The position numbers and the translations under genes are program-made. The notes below the pieces were generated by a model that made no database searches, was not told the origin of the DNA, and was given only the letters and a program-made list of their open reading frames with translations. From the NCBI RefSeq assembly GCF_006345805.1, contig NC_043010.1:34596001-34660000 (forward strand): a stretch of DNA of 64,000 bases, read 5' to 3'. This DNA comes from Octopus sinensis. Its lineage: Eukaryota. This document shows, in pieces, positions 50,451 to 63,195 of this stretch (positions within the stretch are counted from its first letter, which is position 1; every line of letters begins with the position of its first letter).

Positions 50451-51167
50451 AGCTAACTGTCTGTTTGTCTGTTAATCTATCTATCTATCGATCGATCAAT
50501 CGATCTTTCTCTCCCCCCTCTCTCTCTCTACTTATCCATCTATGCATAACTACCTCAACCTGTAATATTTACTACAAAGCAAGCATAAAGTAGGTAACAT
50601 CTCAATTTACAATTTAGTATTTTATTATTAACACTCTCACGTCACAAAAAAAAAACAACAACAAAAAACTAGTCTTTGGATTTGGTACTGCCACATTTCT
50701 AGCTATAACAGCTGTTGTGAAGTCTCACTTAGATTTTCCGGTTACGTAAGTTAGGTATTATCTAATAAAAACATAATTATGAAAGAAAGACAACAAAATC
50801 TCAGAATAAGAAAACATTGTACGAGCTGTCAACTTTTTTCAACCAACCAACCAAACTTAACTTGGTTAATGTTAAGGACAAATACAAATTTATTAATATA
50901 TGTGCATCATACACACACAAACACACACACACACACACGTGAACGAATGCATAGACACATCCACATGAACACATACACACACATTCATGTGCTTGTCTGG
51001 CTTTCATAAAAAGGTTTCTATCATAAGATTCTCTTTGTCCCCCCCCCCTCTCTCTCTCTCTATATATATATATATAGTATGTACATATATGTATGTATAT
51101 ATGCATATATTTATAAATTATTTATATTATTATACGATCAAACACAACACATCCTTTTCCAAGTAAG

Positions 51168-51237
<70 letters not shown>

Positions 51238-52082
51238 GTATATGCATACACATATGCATACATACACACATACACACAAATATATACACACACACACACA
51301 CACATACATTCACATACCACACACATACATGCACATGCCACACACATACAAGCACATGCCACACACAGACACACACACATATATGACATGCATACACACA
51401 CAAACACTATGATATATGTAAAAGTGTTTTGGTTTGTCTCTTTTCACAAATTGGTTACCTTACTGAATTGCAGTGTATATATGTGTTTATTTAGTAACAG
51501 TATATATACATCCTCTGGAATATGATGCATGGGTCTTTCAGGGAAAAGTACAAAAATAATAAACATTGCTGGTGTTGATGATGTTGATCATGATGTTGAT
51601 GATTCATGTAACATTAGCAACTGAGAAAGCACAAAGGATTTGACACGTGCATCATTCCATCAGACATGTGGGTTTAAGCATATATTTACACATATAGTCA
51701 GATCATATATAAATACATACATGGTTAAGAAGATCACCTTGCAACCACGTGGTTTTGGATTCAGTCTCACTGTATGGCACGTTCTGCTTTTGCACTGGGC
51801 CAATCAATGGGAATGAATTTGGTAGGATGGAAAGTGTGGAGAAGCCCATCATCATCATCATTGTCATAATTGTCATCTGACGTCTGCTTTCCATGCTGGC
51901 ATAGGTTAGAAGGTTTGACTGGAAGTGGTAAACTGGAGAGCTGCACCAGGTTCCAGTCTGATCGGCATGGCTTCTACAGCTGGATGCCCTTCCTAATGCC
52001 AACCTATATATATATATATATATACATATACATACACAGACATGTATATACTTATATTACATACACACACACACACACACAC

Positions 52083-52136
<54 letters not shown>

Positions 52137-52157
52137 ACACATATACATGCACACATA

Positions 52158-52206
<49 letters not shown>

Positions 52207-52249
52207 TTGTGCATATATATATATATACATATACATATATATGTATATA

Positions 52250-52500
52250 TCATCATTATCATCATCATCATGTAGCGTCTGCTTTCCATGCTAGCATGGG
52301 TTGGATGGTTCAACTGGGGTCTGGGAAGCCAGAAGGCTGCACCAGGCCCAGTCTGATCTGGCAATGTTTCTACGGCTGGATGCCCTTCTTAGCGCCAACC
52401 ACTCTGTGAGTGTAGTGGGTGCTTTTTACGTGCCACCGGCATGGGGGCCAGGTGAGGCTGGCAACGGCCACGATCGGATGGTGGTTTTTACGTGCCACAT
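52250..52500 (-). mobile_element. Family C copy
   Basis: (CAT)n followed by family motifs. Confidence 0.75.
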
Positions 52501-52508
52501 ATATAAAT

Positions 52509-52547
<39 letters not shown>

Positions 52548-52805
52548 GATATATATATATTATATATACATATATTTATGGGAATGGCGTCCACAAGTTT
52601 TCCATCCTACCAATACTCTCGTACACTTCAGCTGCACCTTTCCTCCCCATGGATTACACTAGACTCCTCTGTTGATGAGAAATCGCTCCAATACACCACG
52701 GAGTGTTAAACTAATACATCTGTTTGTTGTCTACACCACCTGTCTTCGTCTTTTGTTTTTTTTGTGAATTTTCCATATATGTGTGTGTGTGTGTGGTTTG
52801 TGTGT

Positions 52806-53310
52806 AGGTGCAATGGCCCAGTGGTTAGGGCAGTGGACTCGCGGTCATAGGATCACGGTTTCGATTCACAGACTGTGCATTGTGAGTGTTTATTGAGCAA
52901 AAATGCCTAAAGCTCCACGACGCTCCAGCAAGGGGTGGTGGTGAACCCTGCTGTATTCTTTCACCACAACTTTCTCTCACTCTTTCTTCCATTTTCTCTT
53001 GTACCTGTATTTCAAAGGGCCAGCCTTGACACACTCTGTGTCATTCCGAATCTCCCTGGGAACTACGCTAAAGGTACACGTGTCTGTGGAGTGCTCAGCT
53101 ACTTGCATGTTAATAAATGAGCTATGACGTCACTGGTGCTAAGCTGTATCACTTTTTGCCTTTCCCTTGAATAACATCAGTGGTGTGGAGAGGGGAGGTG
53201 GGTTGCGTGGGCGACTGCTGGTCTTCCATAAACAACCTTGCCCAGACTTGTGCCTGGGAGGGGAACTTTCTAGGTGCAATCCTATGGTAATTTATGACCG
53301 AAAGGGGTCA
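52806..53310 (+). mobile_element. SINE D head and body joined to a SINE G-type tail
   Basis: GGTGCAATGGCCCAGTGGTTAGGGCAG..GGTTTCGATTC head; G tail at 53115-53310. Confidence 0.75.
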
Positions 53311-53316
53311 CAATAT

Positions 53317-53396
<80 letters not shown>

Positions 53397-53754
53397 CATA
53401 ATATATATATAGTTTGCCATTTCATTAACATATGACCAACAAAAAAGTACTCCATCCAGTGAGAGATAAATATCATTTAATGTATAAAGATATGAACTAC
53501 TAATAGTTTCTTGCATTGGAGATGTGGATCTAGGCAGGTTTTTTATGACACACCTTATGCCCCCGAGCAATCTTTAAGCTTTGAGTACATGGTCTATTCA
53601 AGGTCCTGTTTTCTCAATTGAATAAACACATACAACACATAGGGCTCAAAGATTGCTCAGGGACATAAAGCATGTTATATAAACCTGCCTAGACTGATGT
53701 CTCCAATACCAGAAACTCTAGTAGCTCATATCTTTATACTATGAACATTAAATT

Positions 53755-53846
<92 letters not shown>

Positions 53847-53851
53847 ATATA

Positions 53852-54828
53852 TCAGGTCATTAAGAATGAAATGTCTGATTTTTTATGCACCAAGTTTGAC
53901 AGTTGTTAATTCTAATGTGTTATCCTGACAATTCTTTGTTTTACAATATTGAAGAGTTACATCATCACTTTTTGAAATGCAATTCATAGTGCCTGATTAT
54001 GTTGTGAGTTTTCTCTTGTAAATCAATTTTTGTGAACCCATGGATAGATAAAAAAAATTCGTGTTGTTTATGAATATGAGTTCTGTCGTGGAAACAGTGC
54101 ATCCCAGACAGCTTGAAACATCAATGAGGTGTTTGGTGAAGATGTGACAAATGAGTGCACTGTAAGTCGATGGTTTCAGAAGTTCCGGTCTGGTGACTTT
54201 ACTCTTGAAAATCAGTCCCATGGTAGACCTGAGACCAAGCTGGATAATGATGAGCTGGGAACTGTAGTGGAAGCAGATACATCTCAAACTACGCATGAGT
54301 TAGCAGCAAGGCTTGATGTTTCGATTCCAACTTTATTGGACCATCTGAAACAAATCGGTTAGGTAAAGAAGCTGGACATGTGGGTACTGCATGAACTGAA
54401 TGAGCATCAAATGACACGTCGTCTTGAAACTTGCTGTTCTTTGCTGTCATGGCATAAAAGCGAACCATTTTTGCATTTTTGCATCGTATTGTTATGTGTG
54501 ATGGAAAATGGATTCTTTTCAACAATAGCAAGCGTTCTGCATGGCAGTTGGGTAGAGATGAAGTGCCAAAACACAACCCAAAAAAGAAGAATATTCACCA
54601 AAAAATGCAATTGTGTCTGTTTGGTGGTCCAGTGCTGGTGTCATCCACTACAGCTTCAAGAGATCTGGTAAGTCAATTACAGCAGAGGTATACATCAACC
54701 AACTGGATGAAATGATGAGTGAACTTGCAATTAAACAACTGAGATTGGTCAATAGAGAAAGGCCAATTCTCTTGCATGACAATGCTTGACAACATGTTGC
54801 ACAAAGAACACTACTCGAGTTACAGGAA
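53852..54828 (+). mobile_element. Mariner transposon remnant (cecropia/Hsmar1-like), 3'-truncated pseudogene
   Basis: From ATG 54040: YEF.RG..A.QTA.NINEVFGE..TVSRWFQKFRSGDF.LE..GRP..WV.HEL..RIVMCD(E to G)KWI..LLHDNA with stops and frameshifts; probable left TIR TA|TCAGGTC. Confidence 0.85.
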
Positions 54829-54884
54829 CACACACACACACACAACATATATATATATATACATGGAGAATTAACAAAAAAAAA

Positions 54885-55255
54885 AACAACAAAAGACAAA
54901 GACAGGTGGTGTAGACAACAAACAAATGTATTAGTTTAACACTTGGGAAGTGAAAAATCTTTAACATTTCGAGGAGAGAAAATAAAGAATATGTAGTGGC
55001 TAAGAAACAACGATAGGAAAAAGCAGAAAGTACAAAAAAGTTAAGAAAAGTGCAAAAAGTTCAAAAACTTCCTATGTGTATATATAGATCGATAGCCACT
55101 ACACATTCTTTATTTTCTCTCCTTGTTTCTTTCTGTGTTCCTTTCTGTGGAAGAGCGTAGGCTCGAAACATTAAAGACTTTTTCACTTCCCGAGCGTTAT
55201 ACTAATACATCTGTTTGTTGTCTACACCATCTGTCTTAATCTTTTGGTTTTTTTT
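54885..55255. mobile_element. Inverted pair of HHR-family short repeats (54885-55005 minus, core deleted; 55090-55255 plus, HHR-like motif at 55141-55176)
   Basis: Plus copy CTTT-CTGTGGA-A-GAGC(gtag)GCTC-GAAAC-ATT-AAAG. Confidence 0.65.
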
Positions 55256-56427
55256 TAATGAATTCTCCCCCTATACATACATACACACACACACATATAT
55301 ATATATGTATATATATGTATGTATATACATATGTGTGTATATATATATATATACACACCCACTATAGCCTCAGGCTAACCAAAGCCTGTGAGTGTATTTC
55401 GTGCACGGAAACTGAAAGAAGACTGTCATATATATGTGTATATTTGTGTGTGTGTTAGTACCCACACCATCGCTTGACAATAGATGTTACTGTGTTTATG
55501 TCCCCGTAACTTAGTGGTTCGGCGAAAGACCCCGATAAAATATGTACTAAGCTTACAAAGATTAAATCCTGGGGTCGATTTGTTCAATGAAAAGCAGTGC
55601 TTAAGCATGACCGCAGTCACATAAGTGAAACAAATAAAACAATAAAAAACTATGCCATTTCAACCCCGAGCAACGCCGGGTATCTCTGCTATGGTAATAT
55701 ATATATATATATATCCACATGCACACACACACGCACATACATATACACATATATATACATATTTGTATACATGCATGTATAGGTAAATACATATATATAT
55801 ATATATATATATATATGTGTTTGTGTGTGTATGTGTGTGTGCGCGCGCGCGTGTATGTATGATGTATGTGTATGCGCGTGTGTATGGTGTGTGCGTAGTG
55901 TATGTCTGTGTATGGTGTGTGTGCGCGCACAATGAGTGACGTTGAGGCATTGAAATATATTAAGCAGAAATAAAAATATATATAAACGAATTCATGATGT
56001 AAGGGAGATCACTCTGGTAATTACCCTGATCATTTTTCCAAACTGGTCAAGTGGTGATGAAAGTTGGATTGACTTGCAATAATAGTCACCTTGCAAGATG
56101 TTAAGTTCAAACCGCATCCAGACCAATTTCTTTTTATACTCCTCGAATGGCGAGGGTCAATAAAATGGTATTTTTTTCATTATCGAGTTTCAATAAACGC
56201 TATGAAGCACACATACACACGCTACCCTCCTTCCTCCTCCTCCAACTCCTTCTCGTCGACGTCATCGTCGTCGTCCTCCTCCTCCTCCTCCTCCTCAATG
56301 ACAGTCATGGTTGAAGGAGAAAACAAAAATTAATAAAATGTAGTATAGTTTAAATCTTGATCGGGTATACTTTACCTTTCATCCTTCTAAGGTCAGTCAA
56401 ATGAATAATAATAATAACAATAATAAA

Positions 56428-56466
<39 letters not shown>

Positions 56467-57209
56467 ATTTGTATTTGTCCCCTCTGTATTCAGCCCTGCG
56501 TGGCTAATAAAAGAAAATAATAATAATAATAATAATACGTAGAAGGGGGTCGACGTAATCAACTACACCAAAGATGATGGTGCTTTAGCATGGCCACAGC
56601 CAATGACTGAACTCAGTAAAAGAATTAAAGAAAGAGTGACTATCTGGCTGCCGCCTCGCCTCTACCTCATACTCGAAGATGTCTCCGAGTTCTTTGTATC
56701 GGTTCACTAAACGTTGTTATTATGTCCAATGTGAAAAAGGCTGCGAACCAGCAAGAATCGTTACCAAACCGGTTAAAAAGCACTTCTTCCAGTTTGTTAC
56801 GTTCTGATCTCAAATGCCGCACGCACACACACACACAACACATAGTAGATGCAGTGTAGCCGAATGGTCAAGAAGTCCCCTTCGCAATCATGTGATCTGG
56901 GTTTCGATTCCATTGTGTGGTACCTCGGACAAGTTTCATTTTCTATAGCCTCGGGTCGATCCATACCTTGAGTGTGAAATTGGGTGGACAGAAACTGTAA
57001 GGAAGCCTGTCAGTTGGATTGTACCTGTAATCCAAAGGCCCAGTTTGTCGCAGTAATTCTACCTGGGAATTACATCATGGGTATACGTGTCTGTGGAACA
57101 CTCAACCACTTATACGCTAATTCAATGAATCAGGTAGTATAGTTGCTGAATAACCGAACACTCTTGGTCGGAAATTCTAATCAAGATCCAGTAATATTTC
57201 ACACACTCA

Positions 57210-57440
57210 AGGCGGCGAGCTGCCAGAATCGTTACCGCGCCGGGCAAAATGCGTAGCGGCATTTTGTTTGTCCTTAAGTTCTAAGTTCAAATTCTGCTAA
57301 GGTCGACTTTGCCTTTCATCCTTTCGGATGTCAATAAAATAAGTACCAGTTGAACACTGGGGTCGATGTAATCGACTTACCCACTTCCCCGAAAGTGGGC
57401 AGTGGCTAAGTGCTGGTCTTGTGCCAAAATTTGAAACCAC
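57210..57440 (+). mobile_element. SINE B (CpG-retaining)
   Basis: Family motifs. Confidence 0.8.
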
Positions 57441-57720
57441 TATCACACATGCTAGTCAAGGATAGAAATGAAGGGAAATAACTCATTCTAAAAGTAATCA
57501 ATGTTACATAAATGTGTTAATCGTTTAATCTATCCATCAGAGGAATTAGCTCTGTCAATTTCGGAAGACTACCTACTTAGGTTATAATTTTGGTAGGATT
57601 TGAACACCACAATTCATGTTTCGGATAAAGAAACATTAGTCAAAAATGTTCGTGTTCTCTCCCACTATCGCCAGTAAACTATTTCTCCCGTGATTTTGTT
57701 TCATTAATTACAAATAAAGT

Positions 57721-58025
57721 GGAGGCGCAATAGCCCAGTGGTTAGGGCAGCGGATTCGCGGCTTCGATTCCCAGACCGGGTGTTGTGTGTGTTTTTTATA
57801 TTGAGTGAAAACATCTAAAGCTCCACGAGTCTCCAGCAGGGGGTGGTGGCGACCCCTGCTGTGCTCTTTCGCCCCAACTTTCTCTCACTCTTACTTCCTG
57901 TTTCTTGAGTAACGCTGCGATGGACTGGCGTCCCGTCCAGCTGGTGGTGGTGGTGGGGGGACACATACGCTACAGAAACCGGGAAACCGGGCCCATGAGC
58001 CTGGTTAGGCCTGAAAAGGGCTCAT
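57721..58025 (+). mobile_element. SINE D with internal deletion in the tRNA head
   Basis: GGAGGCGCAATAGCCCAGTGGTTAGGGCAGCGG..TTCGATTCCCAGACCGGG. Confidence 0.75.
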
Positions 58026-58204
58026 AAATAAATAAAAATTACAAAGAAACAACTAGTTTTTTTCATAGTACTTAATTTACAGCAAAACATACTGATTCTC
58101 TGTCTTATATATAATATTAATTTATAGCTAGGTGAAATATACCCCTGCATAGGTCCTATCTAGAGACAAGGAGACTGGGCTATTTTGATGCAAGTCCCTG
58201 AATA

Positions 58205-58420
58205 ATAGTTTCAAATTTTGGAGCACGGTCGGCAAGTTTAAGGGAGTGGCTAAGTTGATTACATTGACCCCAATGCACGACTGATACTTACGTTATCGAT
58301 CTCGAAAGGATGAAAGGCAAAGTTGACCTCGGCGGAATTTGAACTCAAAACATAAAGGCGGGCGAAATGCCACTAAGCATTCTGTCCGGCGCGCTTATGG
58401 TTCTGCCAGCTCGTCGCCTT
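58205..58420 (-). mobile_element. SINE B
   Basis: Reverse-complement family motifs. Confidence 0.75.
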
Positions 58421-59441
58421 CTTAAGTCTCTTAATAACGGATACAACATACTGAAGTGCGGATGGCGTGAGTGTGTGTGTTCTACATAGAGAGAAAGACA
58501 GATAGATAGAGACAAAAAGAAAGATAGCCCCTATAGAAGCTCTTAGGACAGGGTACTAGACAATTTTCATAAAACAGAAGATGAGTCTCACTTCACCTGG
58601 AAAGGATACTGATGTATTGCATGGAATATTTCCAGATGAACTCGTAGTATATGTTTCCTCGTAGGGCGAACTGAGGCAAGGCAAAATTCAACTATACGAG
58701 CCCCACAAACTATAAAGAGCAAATGCTTAGAGTGGATTTGAACTGAAGACCTTTCGCATCGGACTTCAGTACTATTGTTAATGCTGTCGTTTAGCCTCCT
58801 GAGCAACCCTGACTTACCAGACTTAGGGTCAAGGGCATTTTATCAGTGACCACCCCGTTTTTTTCCTACCGTACTATTTTTGTATTCTTTTTCTAAGAAA
58901 GTAGTATTTATGATTTGATAGAAATTTAGCTGCTGTCTTTAAGCAATTCAAATAACCAGATAAAGGCTGGTATCGTTAGCTTATAACAATCGCGTTTCTA
59001 GTACAGTCTGTGTGGCAGGATAATAGATATTACCAATATTCTGGCTGGTTGCTTGACACAGCATTAACGCGAATTTACGTTGTGGAAGGCAACCATACTG
59101 TGAGGTGAACTCAAAATAATTATTAACTGAAATTATAACCCTAACGAACGAAAAAAAAAATTAATCATCAGTGATAAAGAACTTGTTCTTAGAGAAGAAA
59201 AAGTAGGAACTTCCGTAATTACAATCAACCAAAAATTAAGTTTAATTATGCAGTGAGCGGACAGAATGAGTCTGATTTTTGGCAGACATGCTGACCACAT
59301 CGGACAACAGTTTAGTCCTCTTTAATGAAACATTCTATCACTCTCTCCCTCTACATGACTATATTTATATAATATTTAAATTTAATTTTTTGCTGATTGA
59401 AATTTTGGTAATGTTTCCTTTGTCTTTCTTTGGTCATAAAA

Positions 59442-60047
59442 GGGAAAGACTTCCGCCCGTCCCCCATCCCCATTTTCTCTCAAATTTGTTTATTTTTGTA
59501 ATTGTTTTTGCCAAAAAATCCCCGTTTTCGGATACGGAGGTTCCGGAAAATTGCCAAAAATCGGCATTGTGAAATTTCATACCCCTTTCCCCACCAACTT
59601 CTTCAATTTTGACTTTTTTCCCCAACAGTAACTCTAAAGCCCTAACCCTAACCTTAAAACCCTAACACCGTAACCCTAACACTAAAACCCTAACCTAACT
59701 CTAAAACCGTAACCATAAGTACAGAAATGTTCTGAAATTTTTGTCCGAATCATGTCCGTATTTTCTGCATATTTATAAAAAAAATTCTTAAAAAAAATTT
59801 TACAAAGATTTTTGGAAATTTTTTTTCAGAATCCTAATCTCCATATTTTCCCGCATATTTTGAAAAACATTATTGTGAAAAAAGTAAAAATGAAGGGGGT
59901 GGGGTGGAAATTTAGAAATGTCGATTTTAAACATTTTTTTTTACAGATTCGTATTCCCCGTAGTCGAAAGGGGGGGGGGTTGTATCGAAAAAAAAAATTC
60001 TTTTTAAAGGGTGATTTTTTTGTGGGGGAACGGGCAGAAGGCTTGCC
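59442..60047. mobile_element. Degenerate fold-back/TIR element with central telomere-like (CCCTAA) repeats
   Basis: Ends GGGAAAGACTTCCGCCCGTCCCCCA versus reverse complement GGCAAGCCTTCTGCCCGTTCCCCCA; inner inverted similarity between 59550-59625 and 59865-59935; CCCTAA variants at 59640-59715. Confidence 0.55.
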
Positions 60048-60541
60048 TATAAAAGTTACAATTGCAATTAGTTAAAAATATTTTCGGTTCACCACTTTAA
60101 ATATAGTACCCTACCCTATATTATACTATACATACGTACATACATACATATACATAAATAACGCACACGCACGCACCCCCACATAAATATATAGAGAGAG
60201 ACACATACTGAGAGATATAATATAGTTACTTTAATCTACAAATTTAGAAACTCCCTTAAACAAAAGAGGATTCAATACGCAAAAATTTAGAATGAAATAT
60301 TTTATTTATCCACAGAGCGTCCAACGATTGTATAAAGGTTTCAAAACTGACGTAAGTCTATTACTTTTTTCTGGGCAGAAACCAATAGAATCAGGCACGC
60401 ACGCACGCGCGCGCGCACACACACACAGTCACTCACAGACGGCCATAGATACATACATGCACGTGTATACATGGAGTATGTATTTAATATTAATCAATGA
60501 TCATCCGTCTTCGTCAACTATTTGTTTCTAAAATATAATTG

Positions 60542-60950
60542 GGATCTTTTCGGTTTGAACGGCAGTTTTTAACATAATTTCTAGGTAACTAAACACTTTT
60601 AAACTTCGTATACTGGTGGAATGTGTTTATAAAACATCTTTTTCTCTTGGCTTTATTGAGAAAATTCTATAGCTTGTAAGATATTTATTGTTGTTTTTTT
60701 CTTCAATTTCTGCAATTTCAACCAATCAGACTGACCTATTGAGGTAAAACATTCTGTGCCGTATGAATATGTCCCTCGTTTGAAAACAGATTGGGTTTAT
60801 TTACATTTGTGAAGAAAAAAATAACCCGTCCCCCTAACCCTAACCCTAAAACAGATTGAAATGCAATAGATCGATACTAGGGTCATAATTATGGGTGACA
60901 ATTTCGTATGACACCGCTAGAAAAAACTGCCGTTCAAACCGAAAAGATCC
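60542..60950. mobile_element. 409-bp MITE with 29-bp TIRs and 8-bp TSD TATAATTG (Merlin-like)
   Basis: GGATCTTTTCGGTTTGAACGGCAGTTTTT at both ends; TATAATTG at 60534-60541 and 60951-60958. Confidence 0.9.
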
Positions 60951-62547
60951 TATAATTGTTTTAACTAAATAAAATGTTGGTATTATTGTTGAGTTTTTAA
61001 CTGGTGTTCTTTAACCTAACCTACTATCTCTAACTCACACATGCATACAAACAAACTTTTCCTAGCATACACACACATACTTTGACGCATTCTCTCTACT
61101 ATATGCACTCAATAGCATTCATATTATTGTTTATATTTTACTGTTGTTTTTATCCTTCTCTTTCCAACACAGACGTAAATGTTCTTCCTAATACACTCTC
61201 TCCTTTTCTCTCTCTAACACACATAATCGTACTTTCTCTTTCGCTCGCTCTTGGTCTATTTCACACACTCATTTTAATGCACATATGCACACATTTTCTT
61301 TCTCTCTCCGCTCTCTTTCTCACGCTCTTCGTCTGTCTCTCTCGTGCACGCAGACATTGCATTAGCCTGTCTAATTATCAACATTATAGAAATATATTAC
61401 ACGATAAAACATGAGAGAGAAAGGAAAGAGAGAGAGAGAGAGAGATGGGAAGAACAAATGTTTTTAAAAAAACCATTGACCCCCCCCCCATCTCGCCCCC
61501 ATCATCATCACCACTAACAGGTCTTAATTGCTTTTTTCTTTGTGTGTGTGTGTGAGGTGGGGAGCACAACAAAAAATGTGAAAATATGTGTGCGCGCGCG
61601 CGTGTGTGTGTGTGTGTGTGTGTGAGAGAGGGAGGGTGTGGGGGAGAAAGAGAGAATCAGAGAAAATGAGAGAATCCACAAAAAATAAAAATGAGTACAT
61701 TTTTGAGAGAAAGATATGCACGAATGCAAGCATGGTTGAGTTGTTAAGAAGTTTGTTCCGCAATCATTCGGTTCCCAGTTCGGTATCACTGAGTTGATAT
61801 CAGTGAAATCTCTTTATTTTTTTCATTGCCTCGGATCGGCCAAAAGCTTCTGGGTTAAATTAGGTAGCTGGATGGACTGCAACTGCAAATCAAAGGGCCA
61901 GCCTAGCCATACATATTATGCCACATTACGTCTACCTGACGGTTACATTAGGGGTACAATTGTTTGAGGAATAGCCAATCATTTACATTTAGAACTCAAT
62001 CACTAGGCAGTTCGGTTGATTAAACAACTAGAATATGCTTCAGCGAGCCCATCAAAAATCCATTTATTTTACTTTATATGAAGGAAAATAAAGGACAGAT
62101 GAGAAGAGAAAGACAAGGGAATATGAATGTATATTGCACATGAAAAAATTAATTGTAGTCGTAATGGTAGTGGTGGTGTTTGAGGTTTTGGGAGCTCTTC
62201 TATTGTGAGATCTTACCCCCTCCACTTTACAGTACTCACTGTTGTCACACTTTGGTTGAGACAACAGTTGGCTTGTCTGTCTGTCTGACGGCAATATGAT
62301 CATCATCAACAGCAACAACCACACAATAACGAGCTCCAGTGTTAATTTATGGTTCAATGATTAAATATAGGAATGTGGTGTAGGATTGAGCGATAGGCAT
62401 CCAAATAAAAACATAATTGCTCCAGACTAAACCAAACAAACAAAAACACATCACCGCCCATGCCAGAATTGAATAACTTGATGTAAAAGCAGGAGGAACT
62501 CTCTTTCCCCTTCTCTCTCTCACACACACACACATACACAAATAAAT

Positions 62548-62644
<97 letters not shown>

Positions 62645-62645
62645 C
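62548..62645. repeat. (GATA)n
   Basis: Direct reading. Confidence 0.95.
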
Positions 62646-62767
62646 GGCTAGCCAAATCTCTCCCCGAAATCTTTCCCTAATGTCTTATAATTAGAAGGAT
62701 ATAAATCGTGGTCCCAAATATAGTATTTATGAATTAAAGATTGGATGGTCATGATTAAAATGTCTTT

Positions 62768-63195
62768 GGATCTTTTCGGTTTGAACGGCTGTTTTTTCTA
62801 GCGGTGTCATATGAAATTGTCACCCATAATTATGACCCTAGTATCGATCTATTGCATTTCAATCTGTTTTAGGATTAGGGTTAGTTAGGGTTAGGGGTGG
62901 AAGAAGGGTATCTTTTTTTTCTTCAGAAATGTAAATAAACCCAATCTGTTTCTTAAACGAGGGACATATTCATACGGCACAGAATGTTTTCACCTCAAAA
63001 GACGTCATTGATTGGTTGAAATTGCAGAAATTGAAGAAAAACAACAACAAATATCTTACAAGCTATAGAATTTTCTCAATAAAGCCAAGAGAAAAAGATG
63101 TTTTATAAACACATTCTACCAGTATACGAAGTTTAAAAGTGTTTAGTTACGTGGAAATTATTTTTAAAAAACTGCCGTTCAAACCGAAAAGATCC
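62768..63195. mobile_element. 428-bp MITE of the same family, opposite orientation, 8-bp TSD ATGTCTTT
   Basis: Same TIRs (one mismatch); ATGTCTTT at 62760-62767 and 63196-63203. Confidence 0.9.
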
